64,000 nucleotides of DNA from an uncultured Alphaproteobacteria bacterium (GCA_944392255.1 CALXVY010000007.1:921-64920); one strand, 5' to 3'; counted from the stretch's first letter, positions 1 through 10,573 are shown. Numbers and translations are program-made. The notes: generated from the letters alone by a model not told the origin.

Positions 1-318
1 AGCAGCATTGGCATCGTTTTCCACAAATACTTTCTTATTTGAAAGAGCTTGAAAATCAATTTCTCCATATCCGGCGGGTAAATTTCCGACCGAACCGGTA
101 ATTTTTTCATTCATAATATCTACTGTTCCGGCAGTAGATACGGCAATAGCATCAACTTCAGCTTCATATTGAGTAATAACTTTTTTTAATAAAGTTTCAA
201 TGGCTTCTTTAGTTGCCGGAGTAGAATACTTCACCGGTTGAGAAAGAAGTTTTCCATTTTCATCAACAAGAGCAAAAGCAATTTTTGTACCACCAATATC
301 AAAAGAAAGTATTTTCAT
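1..318 (-). CDS. ROK family sugar kinase (glucokinase / N-acetylglucosamine kinase-like), N-terminal 106 aa only; gene runs off the left edge
   Basis: Own translation of the minus strand from ATG at 316-318: MKILSFDIGGTKIAFALVDENGK...VFVENDANAA. It has the DxGGT phosphate-1 motif and the ENDANAA motif typical of ROK kinases, and lies close to nagA/nagB. Confidence 0.7.
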   Translation of the reverse strand, partial: MKILSFDIGGTKIAFALVDENGKLLSQPVKYSTPATKEAIETLLKKVITQYEAEVDAIAVSTAGTVDIMNEKITGSVGNLPAGYGEIDFQALSNKKVFVENDANAA

Positions 319-331
319 CTTTTTTTCCCAA

Positions 332-601
332 TTATTTTTCATCAATTATTTCATATTCGGCATCAATGATTTTTGATTGACGAGGAGCAGATGCCGTTTC
401 AATTTTTATCTTATTTTGTGAAGTTTGATGATTTCTTCTGACTAAACCGATAATAAAATTTGCCAAACCGGAAGCTGCAATAACAAAAAGCAAAATCGGA
501 ATCAAAATAGAAGCCACATAAAAAGCAAAAACAATTGCAAACATTCCGAGAGCGGCCCAAAAAGTCAAGACCAACCAATCATTTAAATTTCTCATTATCA
601 T
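332..601 (-). CDS. small membrane protein, two predicted TM helices
   Basis: 89-aa ORF with a hydrophobic core. TAAGGAT precedes the ATGs; spacing favours the second ATG at 595. Confidence 0.5.
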   Translation of the reverse strand: MIMRNLNDWLVLTFWAALGMFAIVFAFYVASILIPILLFVIAASGLANFIIGLVRRNHQTSQNKIKIETASAPRQSKIIDAEYEIIDEK

Positions 602-767
602 ATCCTTATGAGAGAGTTACAAACATATAAATAAGATAGGAATTTTTTTGTCTCTAATCAAGTTATAAAAACACAAATAAAGAATGTTTTTAAAGATTGA
701 CAGGCACAAAAAATGTGCTACTACCTAAGGCATATTTTAACTAACCATTTATTTTACAGAGGAAAAA

Positions 768-1364
768 ATGTTTGAAGAATTTAATTTACGTCAATTTATC
801 AGTGCCTTTGTTGTTTTATTTGCTGTTATTGATGCTCCTGGTTCGATTCCGGTTATTTTAAAATTAAAACGCGGAGGAAAAACCGTCCATGCTGAAAAAG
901 CAGCCTTATTATCATTCATCATGTTTTTAGGTTTCTTTTATGTTGGAGAAGCATTTTTAAACTTGTTTAAGTTGGATATATCTTCATTTGCGGTTGCCGG
1001 TTCTTTAATCATCTTCATCATGGCTTTGGAAATGATTTTAGATATTGATATTTTTCACGAACGTCCGGACATGCCTAAAGATGCCACCTTCATTCCTATT
1101 GTATTTCCGTTATTTGCCGGCGCTGGTGCCTTAACCACCCTACTTGCTATCAGAGCTCAATTTTCCGATATCAATATCATTGCCGCCATTCTGGCAAATA
1201 TCGTTGTAATTTATGGTGTAATCAAAACCGCAAAGAGATTAAATCTTATTTTGGGCAATGGTTTTATCTATATGTTACAAAAATTCTTCGGAATTATCTT
1301 GTTAGCAATTTCGGTCAAATTGTTCACAACGAACATTACTGTTTTAATTGAGCACATTAAATAA
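768..1364 (+). CDS. MarC family (NAAT) integral membrane protein
   Basis: 198 aa, polytopic. N-terminal FAVIDAPGSIPV motif is typical of the MarC/UPF0056 family. GAGGA SD lies upstream. Confidence 0.8.
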   Translation: MFEEFNLRQFISAFVVLFAVIDAPGSIPVILKLKRGGKTVHAEKAALLSFIMFLGFFYVGEAFLNLFKLDISSFAVAGSLIIFIMALEMILDIDIFHERPDMPKDATFIPIVFPLFAGAGALTTLLAIRAQFSDINIIAAILANIVVIYGVIKTAKRLNLILGNGFIYMLQKFFGIILLAISVKLFTTNITVLIEHIK

Positions 1365-1382
1365 GTATAAACAAATAGATAT

Positions 1383-1498
1383 CCCCCAGTAAACTGGGGG
1401 TTCTATAACAGCTACAAACCTTACGGTTTGACCACGCTCGTTGGCGTGGAGCGGTGTTGTTCCAACACCTTGGCATTCAGCCCCGAGTAAACTCGGGG
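1383..1498. other. array of five consecutive GC-rich hairpins in the convergent intergenic region (candidate structured RNA or REP-like element)
   Basis: Hairpins at 1383-1400 (CCCCCAG-TAAA-CTGGGGG), 1415-1430, 1432-1449, 1453-1469 and 1481-1498 (CCCCGAG-TAAA-CTCGGGG). Local GC is well above the flanks. Confidence 0.4.
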
Positions 1499-1518
1499 TT
1501 TTCTGTAAGGCAACTAAT

Positions 1519-1554
1519 AAAAAAAATCCCTCGGTATTTCGAGGGATTTTTTTG
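1519..1554. terminator. bidirectional intrinsic terminator between marC-like and terC-like genes
   Basis: A-run, then CCCTCG-GTATTT-CGAGGG stem-loop, then T-run. Confidence 0.6.
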
Positions 1555-1557
1555 TTT

Positions 1558-2526
1558 TTAAGCTTTTTGCTCTATTTTTTGGGTTTTGATTAAAGAAGCC
1601 ACAATTCCTATAAACAGAATTGAAAATGTAATGCAGAGCGAATGCCATGGCTGAATATTGACACCGCAATACGGCAAGAAAATCTTCATTCCGATATAGA
1701 TAAGAATGATGGACAAAGCTTGTTTCAAATATACAAACTTATGAACGGCAGCTTCCAACAAGAAGTACAAAGCTCGCAAGCCCAAAATAGCAAAGATGTT
1801 ACTGGTATAGACAATAAACACATCTTGGGTAATCAAAAAGATAGCCGGAATACTATCAAGAGCAAAAATCACATCCATGGTTTCAATAATCAAAAGAGCA
1901 AAGAACAATGGGGTTATATAGTGTTTTCCGTTTTCTTTAACAAAGAAATGCTCGCCTCTGATTTCATGAGTTACGTGGAAGAATTTTGAGAGAAAAGCAT
2001 AAAGCTTAGTGTCTTTAAGCTCTTTCTTTTCTTCTTTTTGAGGCAATACCATTTTTGCACCGGTATAAACCAAAAATGCAGAAAAAATATAGAGAACCCA
2101 GTGGAAGTTTGAGATAAGAGCCTCACCAAGGAAGATGAGGATAGCGCGCATGATAAGTGCACCTAGAATACCCCAGAACAAAACACGGTGTTGATACATG
2201 CGCGGCACACCAAGAGATGTAAAGATGATAGACATAATAAAGATATTATCCAAAGACAAACTTTTCTCTACCAAAAATCCGGTAAAGAAGAGCATACCTT
2301 TATCCACGCCTTCTTCATACATTACAAACACACCAAACAGTAAAGCTGCTAAGATATAAATGATGCACAAAACAAGCGTATGCATAAAGTTTGGAACTTC
2401 GTTTTTGCGGTTAAAAAACAACAAATCCCATAACAACAGGACGATAACGGCAATACCGAAAATCACCCATAACCAAGATTCCGGCAATACCGGATGGTTA
2501 GTAAAAAAATCTTGTAATTTTTCCAT
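1558..2526 (-). CDS. TerC family integral membrane protein
   Basis: 322 aa, polytopic, with conserved LSLDN and DSIPAIF motifs of the TerC/Alx family. AGGAAA SD. Confidence 0.8.
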   Translation of the reverse strand: MEKLQDFFTNHPVLPESWLWVIFGIAVIVLLLWDLLFFNRKNEVPNFMHTLVLCIIYILAALLFGVFVMYEEGVDKGMLFFTGFLVEKSLSLDNIFIMSIIFTSLGVPRMYQHRVLFWGILGALIMRAILIFLGEALISNFHWVLYIFSAFLVYTGAKMVLPQKEEKKELKDTKLYAFLSKFFHVTHEIRGEHFFVKENGKHYITPLFFALLIIETMDVIFALDSIPAIFLITQDVFIVYTSNIFAILGLRALYFLLEAAVHKFVYLKQALSIILIYIGMKIFLPYCGVNIQPWHSLCITFSILFIGIVASLIKTQKIEQKA

Positions 2527-2542
2527 AATTTTTCCTATTTTT

Positions 2543-4168
2543 TTATTTTTGTTGACATTGATTAAAAATATCCAGTTTTGCTTTATAAGCAGAAGTTTTG
2601 ATTCCCATTAGACCTAAAAAAGAATGAAACAAATTATCATGAGAATACTCATTTTTGAGTTTTGTTTTCAAACAATTTCGATCAAGATGAAACTTATTTG
2701 CAAATTCATCATCAAACCAAACCAGCATCGGCACATGAATCTGTTCTTCAGGGGCGACCATATAAGGAGCTGCATGCAGATAAATATTGTTTTCGCCAAG
2801 AGATTCCCCATGGTCGGAAACATAAAGCATAAAAGTATTATACTTACCTTGCAAAGCTTGGAGTTGTTTAATTAAGTCTGCCAAATTTTGCGAAGTATAA
2901 TAAATGGTGTTGTCATACACATTTGTAATTTCTTCACGAGAACATTTGTCAAGACGCTCTGTTGCACAATTTGGCTTAAACTGTTCTGCAGATTTAGGAT
3001 AACGTTTATAATATGTCGGACCATGACTGCCGAGTTGATGCAAAACCACAAACATATCTTTGTTTTCTGTTAATGCGCGCTCAGATAAACCTTTGTTTAA
3101 AATTTCATCAAAGCAAGTATCTTTGTCACAAAGCATTTGCGTTTCCACACGAGAGCAAATTCCTTTACATCCGGTCACATTTCCGCGCCACCAAACTTTA
3201 TAACCGGCACGCTGCACCACATCTAAAAGATTTTCCGTGTATTCGGCTTCAGATTTATCAAAATTTTTTCTTTCGTCAGCCGAAAATATACAAGGCAAAG
3301 AAATAGCGGTAGAAGTTCCGCAAGAATAAACTTTTTGATAGCTTAATAAATCAGAGACAAAAGGCTCAAGCGGTGCATTCGTTTTTTGCGCATAACCATT
3401 CAGAGAAAAGTTAGCGGCTCGGGCTGTTTCTCCAACAACCAAAACAAACAAATTAGGTTTACCATTATTCTGCCAATAAGGCTTCAAAGAAGCATCGGCA
3501 CCAACTTTAATCAATTCTTTAGGACGAGATTTCAACATTTTTTTACTCACGGAAATAACCGCCCCAACATAATTAACCGGTACCAAAAGATATTTAATCG
3601 GCTTATTATTACGCAAAAATTGAGCCGTTTCTTTATACCCCATACCTATAATTGCGGCAGAGATAAAGAATACCCCGAAAATAAGCGCAATTTTTTGTAA
3701 AATCAATTTTTTGGGTGTTGAAAAGATAATATTTGTTTTATAAATCAAAACTGACGGAAGCACAGCTAGAACTAAAAACATAACAAGCATATCCACGCTC
3801 AGCAATCCGGCCACTTCTTGCGCATCTGTCTCCAACACATTCATCAACATCACTTTATCTATGGCCACTTTATAAACATACATAAAGTAAAACACTGAGG
3901 TATTAAGCATGGTAAAGAGAATAGCTAACAACTTGGTCGTTTTAGGCCAAAATAAAATAGCGCAAGCAGCATTAAGAAGCAAAAACAACACTAAGGTAAG
4001 CATGCTGACAAATAAAAGACTTGGATAAATTTGCCACAATTTCTCAAAAAATATTTTATTGTATACAAATAATGTAAACAAAGAAAATATAGCATTAAAT
4101 TGATATGATTTTATTTGCCACCAAAAATCTTTAGTAAACAGAGTTAAAATTTTAGAAAAAAAGCGCAT
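2543..4168 (-). CDS. eptA: phosphoethanolamine transferase (lipid A/LPS core, EptA/MCR family)
   Basis: 541 aa with an N-terminal 5-TM region plus a sulfatase-type domain. It has GETARA and HQLGSHGPTYYKRYP motifs, comparable to the corresponding segment in EptA/MCR-1. Confidence 0.8.
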   Translation of the reverse strand: MRFFSKILTLFTKDFWWQIKSYQFNAIFSLFTLFVYNKIFFEKLWQIYPSLLFVSMLTLVLFLLLNAACAILFWPKTTKLLAILFTMLNTSVFYFMYVYKVAIDKVMLMNVLETDAQEVAGLLSVDMLVMFLVLAVLPSVLIYKTNIIFSTPKKLILQKIALIFGVFFISAAIIGMGYKETAQFLRNNKPIKYLLVPVNYVGAVISVSKKMLKSRPKELIKVGADASLKPYWQNNGKPNLFVLVVGETARAANFSLNGYAQKTNAPLEPFVSDLLSYQKVYSCGTSTAISLPCIFSADERKNFDKSEAEYTENLLDVVQRAGYKVWWRGNVTGCKGICSRVETQMLCDKDTCFDEILNKGLSERALTENKDMFVVLHQLGSHGPTYYKRYPKSAEQFKPNCATERLDKCSREEITNVYDNTIYYTSQNLADLIKQLQALQGKYNTFMLYVSDHGESLGENNIYLHAAPYMVAPEEQIHVPMLVWFDDEFANKFHLDRNCLKTKLKNEYSHDNLFHSFLGLMGIKTSAYKAKLDIFNQCQQK

Positions 4169-4311
4169 ATTTCAATCCTTAATAAATTAGCTCTTTTCAA
4201 AAGATACAAGATGTGTATAATATGTGTACAAAAACTTTTGATTTATACACTATCTTTACTTTTTGTTTTTAGACTATGTGCCATATAAAACAAAACTTAA
4301 GGAATGCTTAA

Positions 4312-5481
4312 ATGGACAGTGGAATTTGTCTTCATAACGCAACAATCTTAACCGGATTTTCGGTTATGGAAAATTGCGCAGTTTTCATAAAAAACAACAA
4401 GATAGTAGATGTTTTCAGTGAAAAAAGATTTCAACAAAAAAGTTTTTCATCAAAAGTTCAAATCATCAATGTTAATGGCTCATACATAGCCCCCGGCTTG
4501 ATAGATACACACATTCACGGCATTGGCGGATTCGGAACAGATGACGGAGATGCCGATTCAATCTTAAAAATGTCAGAAATTTTACCAAAATATGGTGTCA
4601 CTTCATTCATTCCCACACTTTATGCCGCCAAACCTGATGATATGATAAAAAATATCAAAGCCGTAGTAAAAGCCATAGGCAAAGAAAAAGGGGCTCATAT
4701 TTTAGGAATGCATTTGGAAGGACCTTTTATCTCCAAAGAGCGTCTAGGTGTTCAACCTGAAGATGCCGTATGTCCGGTAGATATCAAGCTTATGGAAAAA
4801 TTTTACAAAACCGCCAAAGGTCATATTATCAATATGACAGTTGCTCCCGAGTTAAAAGATATGCGCGAATTGGCCCTATGGTGCATTTCCAAAGGTATAA
4901 TCTTACAAGCAGGACATACCAATGCCACCTATGCCCAAATGGTTGAAGGCATGCAAGCCAGAATCATGCATACCACTCATTTATTCAATGCTATGAGCCG
5001 TATGCACCATCGTGACCCCGGAGCCGTTGGCGCCGTATTTATCCATCCGGAAATGTCTTGCGAATTTATTGCTGACGGAATTCATATTGATTCTAACTTA
5101 ATAAAACTTCTGTTTCAATTCAAACCATTAGATAAATTGGTTATGGTAACGGATTCTCTAAAACCGACCAAACAACGTGCTAAAGTTCTGTATGCAAATA
5201 ATGAAGAAGTATATTTTGATAAATGTTTTTATCGCAAATCAGACAATGTCATTGCCGGTTCTGCCATGACTATGATAGAAGGAGTCAAAAATCTAGTAGA
5301 TTGGGGACTAACTTTGGAACAAGCCATTCATGTTTCCTCCCCAAGTCCGGCAGAAATATTAAAGATTCAAAACAAGGGCTATGTAGCCCCAGGCTTCGAT
5401 GCCGACTTAATTATTTTTAATGAAGATTTTACAACCATTAATACCATCATCGACGGTAAAATTTATAAGGGAGAAAAATAA
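4312..5481 (+). CDS. nagA: N-acetylglucosamine-6-phosphate deacetylase
   Basis: 389 aa with [15 protein letters not shown] and AGHTNA motifs of NagA amidohydrolases. AAGGA SD. Confidence 0.9.
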   Translation: MDSGICLHNATILTGFSVMENCAVFIKNNKIVDVFSEKRFQQKSFSSKVQIINVNGSYIAPGLIDTHIHGIGGFGTDDGDADSILKMSEILPKYGVTSFIPTLYAAKPDDMIKNIKAVVKAIGKEKGAHILGMHLEGPFISKERLGVQPEDAVCPVDIKLMEKFYKTAKGHIINMTVAPELKDMRELALWCISKGIILQAGHTNATYAQMVEGMQARIMHTTHLFNAMSRMHHRDPGAVGAVFIHPEMSCEFIADGIHIDSNLIKLLFQFKPLDKLVMVTDSLKPTKQRAKVLYANNEEVYFDKCFYRKSDNVIAGSAMTMIEGVKNLVDWGLTLEQAIHVSSPSPAEILKIQNKGYVAPGFDADLIIFNEDFTTINTIIDGKIYKGEK

Positions 5482-6278
5482 TGCGCGTCATCATCAAAAA
5501 AAATTATGAAGAATGTGCCAAATGGACGGCTAACTTCATAGCAGATAAAATCAAACGTTTCCGCCCTACAGCAGAAAAACCATTTGTCTTGGGCTTACCA
5601 ACCGGCTCAACCCCATTGGGCGTTTATAAAGAATTGATAGAAATGTTCAAAAAAGGCAAGGTCTCCTTTGCCAACGTGGTTACATTTAATATGGACGAAT
5701 ATATTGGTCTTGATGCTAAACATCCGCAAAGCTATCATTATTTTATGTGGGAAAATTTCTTTTCACATATTGATATCAAAAAAGCCAATGTTCACATTTT
5801 GGATGGCATGACTAAAAATTATGCCAAAGAATGCCAAGATTATGAAGATGCCATTAAGAGCTATGGAAAAATTCATTTGTTCTTAGGCGGTGTTGGTTCA
5901 GATGGCCATATTGCTTTCAATGAACCCGGTTCATCATTAAGTTCCCGTACGCGTATCAAGACATTGACCCAAGAAACAATTAAAGCTAATTCACGCTTTT
6001 TTGAAAATGATATCAGTAAAGTCCCCGGAACGGCTTTAACAGTAGGCATTGGTACAATTATGGATGCCGAAGAAGTCATCATCATGGCAACTGGCTCAAA
6101 CAAAGCCAGAGCATTGCATCATGCTATTGAAGGCAGCATCAATCATATGTGGCCGGTCAGCATTTTGCAAATGCACCAACACGGCATTATTGTCTGTGAT
6201 GATGATGCTACCAGTGAGCTAAAAGCCGATACTGTTAAATATTTCAAAGAAATTGAAGGCTCTAAAATGAGAAAATAG
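5481..6278 (+). CDS. nagB: glucosamine-6-phosphate deaminase
   Basis: 265 aa with [15 protein letters not shown] and [13 protein letters not shown] motifs. The start overlaps the nagA stop (TAATG). Confidence 0.9.
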   Translation: MRVIIKKNYEECAKWTANFIADKIKRFRPTAEKPFVLGLPTGSTPLGVYKELIEMFKKGKVSFANVVTFNMDEYIGLDAKHPQSYHYFMWENFFSHIDIKKANVHILDGMTKNYAKECQDYEDAIKSYGKIHLFLGGVGSDGHIAFNEPGSSLSSRTRIKTLTQETIKANSRFFENDISKVPGTALTVGIGTIMDAEEVIIMATGSNKARALHHAIEGSINHMWPVSILQMHQHGIIVCDDDATSELKADTVKYFKEIEGSKMRK

Positions 6279-6293
6279 TTTTGAATGTAAGTC

Positions 6294-6328
6294 AAAAAAA
6301 AAAAGCTCTCGAAATCGAGAGCTTTTTC
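6294..6328. terminator. bidirectional intrinsic terminator (nagB / SIMPL gene convergent)
   Basis: A12 run, AGCTCTCG-AAA-TCGAGAGCT stem, then T-run. Confidence 0.6.
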
Positions 6329-6340
6329 TTTATAAATCAT

Positions 6341-7168
6341 TTATTTTAGCCAATATTCAATGGTGGAAACCACTCTGACTTTCTTTTCAATTTGCGATGA
6401 TTCAGATGCTCCGGCAGTTTGCTCAGAAGGCAAAATTGAAAAGACACCTTGATTGGCATATTTAATCTTTCCAACGGTAGAATTTGAGCTTTTAGCAAAT
6501 TCTTGCGCCGAAGCTTCTGCATTCTTAGTAGCTTCTTCAAGCATTTTAGGCTTAATTTCGTTTAGTTTTGTAAACACATAAGAAACCGGTGTGTTATATT
6601 GATTTTCAAAAACAATGCCTTGAGCAATCAAATCTCCAGTTTTACCTAAACTATTAGCCACCAAATCCACCTTTTGTGAACGAACTGTAATTGTTTGGTT
6701 CAAAATATAGCGAGATGTAGCGGCTCCTTCATTACGATACGGATTAGCCATTAAATCGTTGGTATTAATTGATTCAACAACAATTTCTTCATCAGAAAAA
6801 CCTTGTTGCTTCAAAAAAGAAATAATATTTTGAGCCTTTTGAGCAATTTCTTGCTGAGCTAAAGATAAATCGTTATTGGTAACGACAAATTTCAAATCCC
6901 AAACCGCCAAATCAGCACGTACCGGCATTTCCGACAAACCTTTAACCGTTACATAGTTTGAGTTCATTTTGGTTTGGTAGTAATAATATCCTGGGAAAAA
7001 GCCACCGGCACATAAACCTGCACCAATTAATAAAGCAGAAAAAATGCGTGTAAAACCTTTACCGCATTTACAACCTTTTCCACAAGCGCATCCGCAAGTG
7101 CAAGGTTTTCCTTCATTGCATCCGCAAGTACAATCAGGACCACAAGAACAAGTCTTTTTATCTTCCAT
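6341..7168 (-). CDS. SIMPL (DUF541, BP26/YggE-like) domain protein with N-terminal Cys-rich tail and one TM anchor
   Basis: The start is set at MEDKK (ATG 7166-7168), which is preceded by AAGGAG. The C-terminal ~220 aa resemble the SIMPL/BP26 family. The N-terminus is CSCGPDCTCGCNEGKPCTCGCACGKGCKC. Confidence 0.75.
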   Translation of the reverse strand: MEDKKTCSCGPDCTCGCNEGKPCTCGCACGKGCKCGKGFTRIFSALLIGAGLCAGGFFPGYYYYQTKMNSNYVTVKGLSEMPVRADLAVWDLKFVVTNNDLSLAQQEIAQKAQNIISFLKQQGFSDEEIVVESINTNDLMANPYRNEGAATSRYILNQTITVRSQKVDLVANSLGKTGDLIAQGIVFENQYNTPVSYVFTKLNEIKPKMLEEATKNAEASAQEFAKSSNSTVGKIKYANQGVFSILPSEQTAGASESSQIEKKVRVVSTIEYWLK

Positions 7169-7194
7169 AATTATCTCCTTTAGTTTTGAGAAAT

Positions 7195-8490
7195 TTAACC
7201 AATACAATAATAGCTAAATCCATTTTCAGCAGCCTCATTTTGATTTACGATATTGCGCAAATCTACTATATTAGGACACAAAACTTCTTGTTTTAATTTA
7301 ACAAAATCAATATTTCTAAAGTCTTCCCATTCGGTTAAAACAGCAACCACTTCGGCATCTTTGCAAGCTTGATAAATGTCTGTGGCATAATCCACTTTTT
7401 CGATAAGGAGTTTGCGCGCATTATCAAGAGCTTTAGGATCATAAACACAAATGTTTTTATTAACTTTGAGCATGTCGCGAACAATATCCATGGCCGGAGA
7501 TTCTCGACAATCATCCGTACCACCTTTGAAAGCCAACCCCAAAACCGCCACACGACCATGATTGCGGTCAGATAGGTGCGACAAGATGCGCTCAGCCATC
7601 TCTGCTTTGCGTTCATCATTTTTAGCAATGGTCGTTTCTATCAAATTGAGGTGCACACCATATTTTTTTGCCATTTGCGCCATGGCATTGGTATCTTTCG
7701 GAAAACAAGAGCCACCATATCCGGGACCTGGATTCAAAAATTTCTTGCCAATACGAGAATCTAGCCCCATACCTTGTGCCACTTCTTTAATATCAGCACC
7801 TGATTTTTCGCAAAAATTTGCCATTTCATTAATGTAATGAATTTTCATAGCAAGAAAGGCATTTGAGGCGTATTTAATGGTTTCGGAAGAGCGGCGTTTT
7901 ACAAACAGAAATTGTGTTTTATTTTCAAACGGTTGGTAAAGTTTTTTCATAACTTCACGCGCTCTATCGGTGTTGGTGCCGACAACAATTCTGTCGGGAT
8001 TAAAAAAGTCATGAATAGCAAAGCCTTCACGTAAAAATTCAGGCAAAGAAACCACATCAAAATCAGCCGTTGGATTAACCTTGCGGATAATGGCTTCAAC
8101 ATCGTCACCAGTACCAACCGGAACAGTAGACTTTATAGCTACTACGGTATAGTTTGTAAGATATTCGGCAAGTTCATAAGCTGCAGCATGAATATACTGC
8201 ATATCAGCTTCTTTGGTAAAAGGATGTGGTGGTGTGCCAACGGCAATCATCACAATATCGGCAGGAGCAACAGCTTCTTTCATGTTTGTGGTAAATTTGA
8301 TACGACCGTTTTGAACATTTTTTTCAAAAAGTTCAGCAAGTCCATCTTCAAAAATTGTTAATTTTCCGGAAGATAGAGCATTTATTTTAGCTTCATCTTT
8401 ATCAACACAAGTAACTTCATTTCCAAGTTCGGCAAGACCGACACCGGTGGGAAGCCCGACATAACCTGTTCCGATAATGGCAATTTTCAT
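7195..8490 (-). CDS. ugd: UDP-glucose 6-dehydrogenase
   Basis: Start set at MKIAIIGTGYVGL (Rossmann GxGxxG). GGSCFPKD catalytic Cys motif present. Confidence 0.85.
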   Translation of the reverse strand: MKIAIIGTGYVGLPTGVGLAELGNEVTCVDKDEAKINALSSGKLTIFEDGLAELFEKNVQNGRIKFTTNMKEAVAPADIVMIAVGTPPHPFTKEADMQYIHAAAYELAEYLTNYTVVAIKSTVPVGTGDDVEAIIRKVNPTADFDVVSLPEFLREGFAIHDFFNPDRIVVGTNTDRAREVMKKLYQPFENKTQFLFVKRRSSETIKYASNAFLAMKIHYINEMANFCEKSGADIKEVAQGMGLDSRIGKKFLNPGPGYGGSCFPKDTNAMAQMAKKYGVHLNLIETTIAKNDERKAEMAERILSHLSDRNHGRVAVLGLAFKGGTDDCRESPAMDIVRDMLKVNKNICVYDPKALDNARKLLIEKVDYATDIYQACKDAEVVAVLTEWEDFRNIDFVKLKQEVLCPNIVDLRNIVNQNEAAENGFSYYCIG

Positions 8491-8549
8491 TTTATATCCT
8501 TTCTGTAATTTTTTTACACTATAACAGAGAGGCTGTGAATTACCACCAT

Positions 8550-10136
8550 TTAAGAAAACATTTCCACTAGTTTTTCCGCACACTTTAGTCCATCAACAGC
8601 AGCAGACATAATACCACCGGCATAACCGGCACCTTCACCGCAAGGATACAAACCTTTAACCGAGCTTTGCAATGTTTCATCTCGATATATGCGGATTGGA
8701 GAAGAACTACGGCTTTCCACACCTGTCATTACTGCGTCATAAGAGGCAAAACCGTGGAGCTTTTTATCCATATCCACAATCGCCAAGCGCATGGTATCTA
8801 GAATGTATGAAGGTAAAACGGTCGCCATATTTCCAAAAGTTACCCCTGGAGTATAGCTGGGTTTAACATCACCTGCTTGTTTGGAATCTTTATTTTTTAA
8901 GAAATCTCCAACAAGCTGCGCCGGTGCATGGTAATTTCGACCTCCGGCAATAAAAGCTTTTTCCTCGAGCTCGCGTTGCCAATACATACCTTGCAAAGGA
9001 TGAGTTCCACCAAAATCTTGCGGTGTAACACCGACCAAAAGTGCGGCATTGGCATTTTCTTTATTGCGAGCATGCTCACTCATGCCATTTGTCACCACCC
9101 TATTCTTTTCAGAAGCCGCGGCAATTACTTCACCACCGGGACACATACAGAAGGTAAAAGCCGAACGACCACTGGGTGCATGGTAAGCCATTTTATAATC
9201 AGCGGCGCCAAGTTTAGAAGAAAATTTTCCGTATTGTGAATGATTTATAAGACTTTGTTTATGTTCTACACGAACTCCAACTGCAAAAGGTTTTGGCTCA
9301 ATCATAAAGCCTAAACGATAAAGCATTTCAAAAGTATCTCGTGCACTATGTCCAATCGCCAAAATGACGGAAGCAGCGGCTTGTTCATAAATATTACCTT
9401 TGGCGTCACTAATTTTAACTGCTTTAATTTGTTGATTTTTAATAACAATATCTTCAAGCTTATTTTCAAAACGATATTCTCCACCCAAATTTTCTATTTT
9501 ATGGCGGATATTTTGTACTACTTTAGCTAAGATATCTGTTCCGACATGGGGTTTTGCAAGATAAAGAATTTCTTCCGGAGCACCGGCAGAAACCAGCTCT
9601 TGCAACACTTTAGCGGTGTATTTGTCTTTTTTGATACCGCTCATCAGCTTACCATCAGAAAAAGTACCGGCACCACCTTCTCCAAACTGAACATTTGATT
9701 CCGGATTAAGCTCACCACCTTGCCAAAAGGCTTGCACATCTTGCTGACGCTCTGGTACCGGACGACCGCGCTCAAGAATAATCGGTTTTAAGCCGGCTTC
9801 AGCAAGCGCAATTCCGGCAAACATTCCAGCTGGTCCACTTCCGACAATCACTGGTCTGAGGGGTGATTTTGTTTGTCGAAGGATATATTTTTCCGCACAT
9901 TCAGCGATAAAAATATCTTTGTTATTACAAAAAGATAAAAACTTTTGTTCATTTTCAACTTCAACATCAAAACCATAGACATAATGCACATCTGATTTGC
10001 GTCTGGCATCTATGGCTTGTTTAATGATTTTAAAAGACAACCATGTTCCCGAATAGCCAATTTCTTTTTTCACATATTCGGGCAAATCTGACAAAGAAAC
10101 CGATAACGGTACTTTGATATTATTAATTCTGAGCAT
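8550..10136 (-). CDS. FAD-dependent oxidoreductase (COG2509-like)
   Basis: 528 aa with a VIVGSGPAGMFAG dinucleotide-binding motif and a C-terminal GEGAGYAGGI motif, as in the uncharacterised FAD-dependent dehydrogenase family. Confidence 0.75.
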   Translation of the reverse strand: MLRINNIKVPLSVSLSDLPEYVKKEIGYSGTWLSFKIIKQAIDARRKSDVHYVYGFDVEVENEQKFLSFCNNKDIFIAECAEKYILRQTKSPLRPVIVGSGPAGMFAGIALAEAGLKPIILERGRPVPERQQDVQAFWQGGELNPESNVQFGEGGAGTFSDGKLMSGIKKDKYTAKVLQELVSAGAPEEILYLAKPHVGTDILAKVVQNIRHKIENLGGEYRFENKLEDIVIKNQQIKAVKISDAKGNIYEQAAASVILAIGHSARDTFEMLYRLGFMIEPKPFAVGVRVEHKQSLINHSQYGKFSSKLGAADYKMAYHAPSGRSAFTFCMCPGGEVIAAASEKNRVVTNGMSEHARNKENANAALLVGVTPQDFGGTHPLQGMYWQRELEEKAFIAGGRNYHAPAQLVGDFLKNKDSKQAGDVKPSYTPGVTFGNMATVLPSYILDTMRLAIVDMDKKLHGFASYDAVMTGVESRSSSPIRIYRDETLQSSVKGLYPCGEGAGYAGGIMSAAVDGLKCAEKLVEMFS

Positions 10137-10231
10137 GGATACATCCTTCTTATAAAAAATTTTATCAGAATATAATCCAATTTTATCAGATATGCCACAA
10201 AAAAAAAGGCAATAGTTTGAAAACTATTGCC

Positions 10232-10573
10232 TCAATCGAGCATTAAACCAATTAAAAGAATAATTGCACTAAAGCCCAATAAGCCTAGAAAAAACTTCCA
10301 GTTTGTAAAAGCTTTCCAGGTTAAGTAAATTCCGGCAATCAAACAGAAGAGACTGCCGCCCCAATCTAGGATTAGACCTAATGTTTTTGGGAAAACCCAT
10401 AGTTTTGACTCTTGTCCGCAAAACAACATAACATAAATTGAAATGCCGACAAAAGCATAAATCCATAAATTTTTGTATTTAAGAGCCCCCAATGCAACAC
10501 CTACAAGCTGCATCAAAAAAGCCCACATAAAAATACAAAAAAACAAACATAAAATGACACTAAGTATTGCCAT
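10232..10573 (-). CDS. small polytopic membrane protein (4 TM)
   Basis: 113-aa hydrophobic ORF preceded by the conserved leader element. No SD. Confidence 0.55.
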   Translation of the reverse strand: MAILSVILCLFFCIFMWAFLMQLVGVALGALKYKNLWIYAFVGISIYVMLFCGQESKLWVFPKTLGLILDWGGSLFCLIAGIYLTWKAFTNWKFFLGLLGFSAIILLIGLMLD

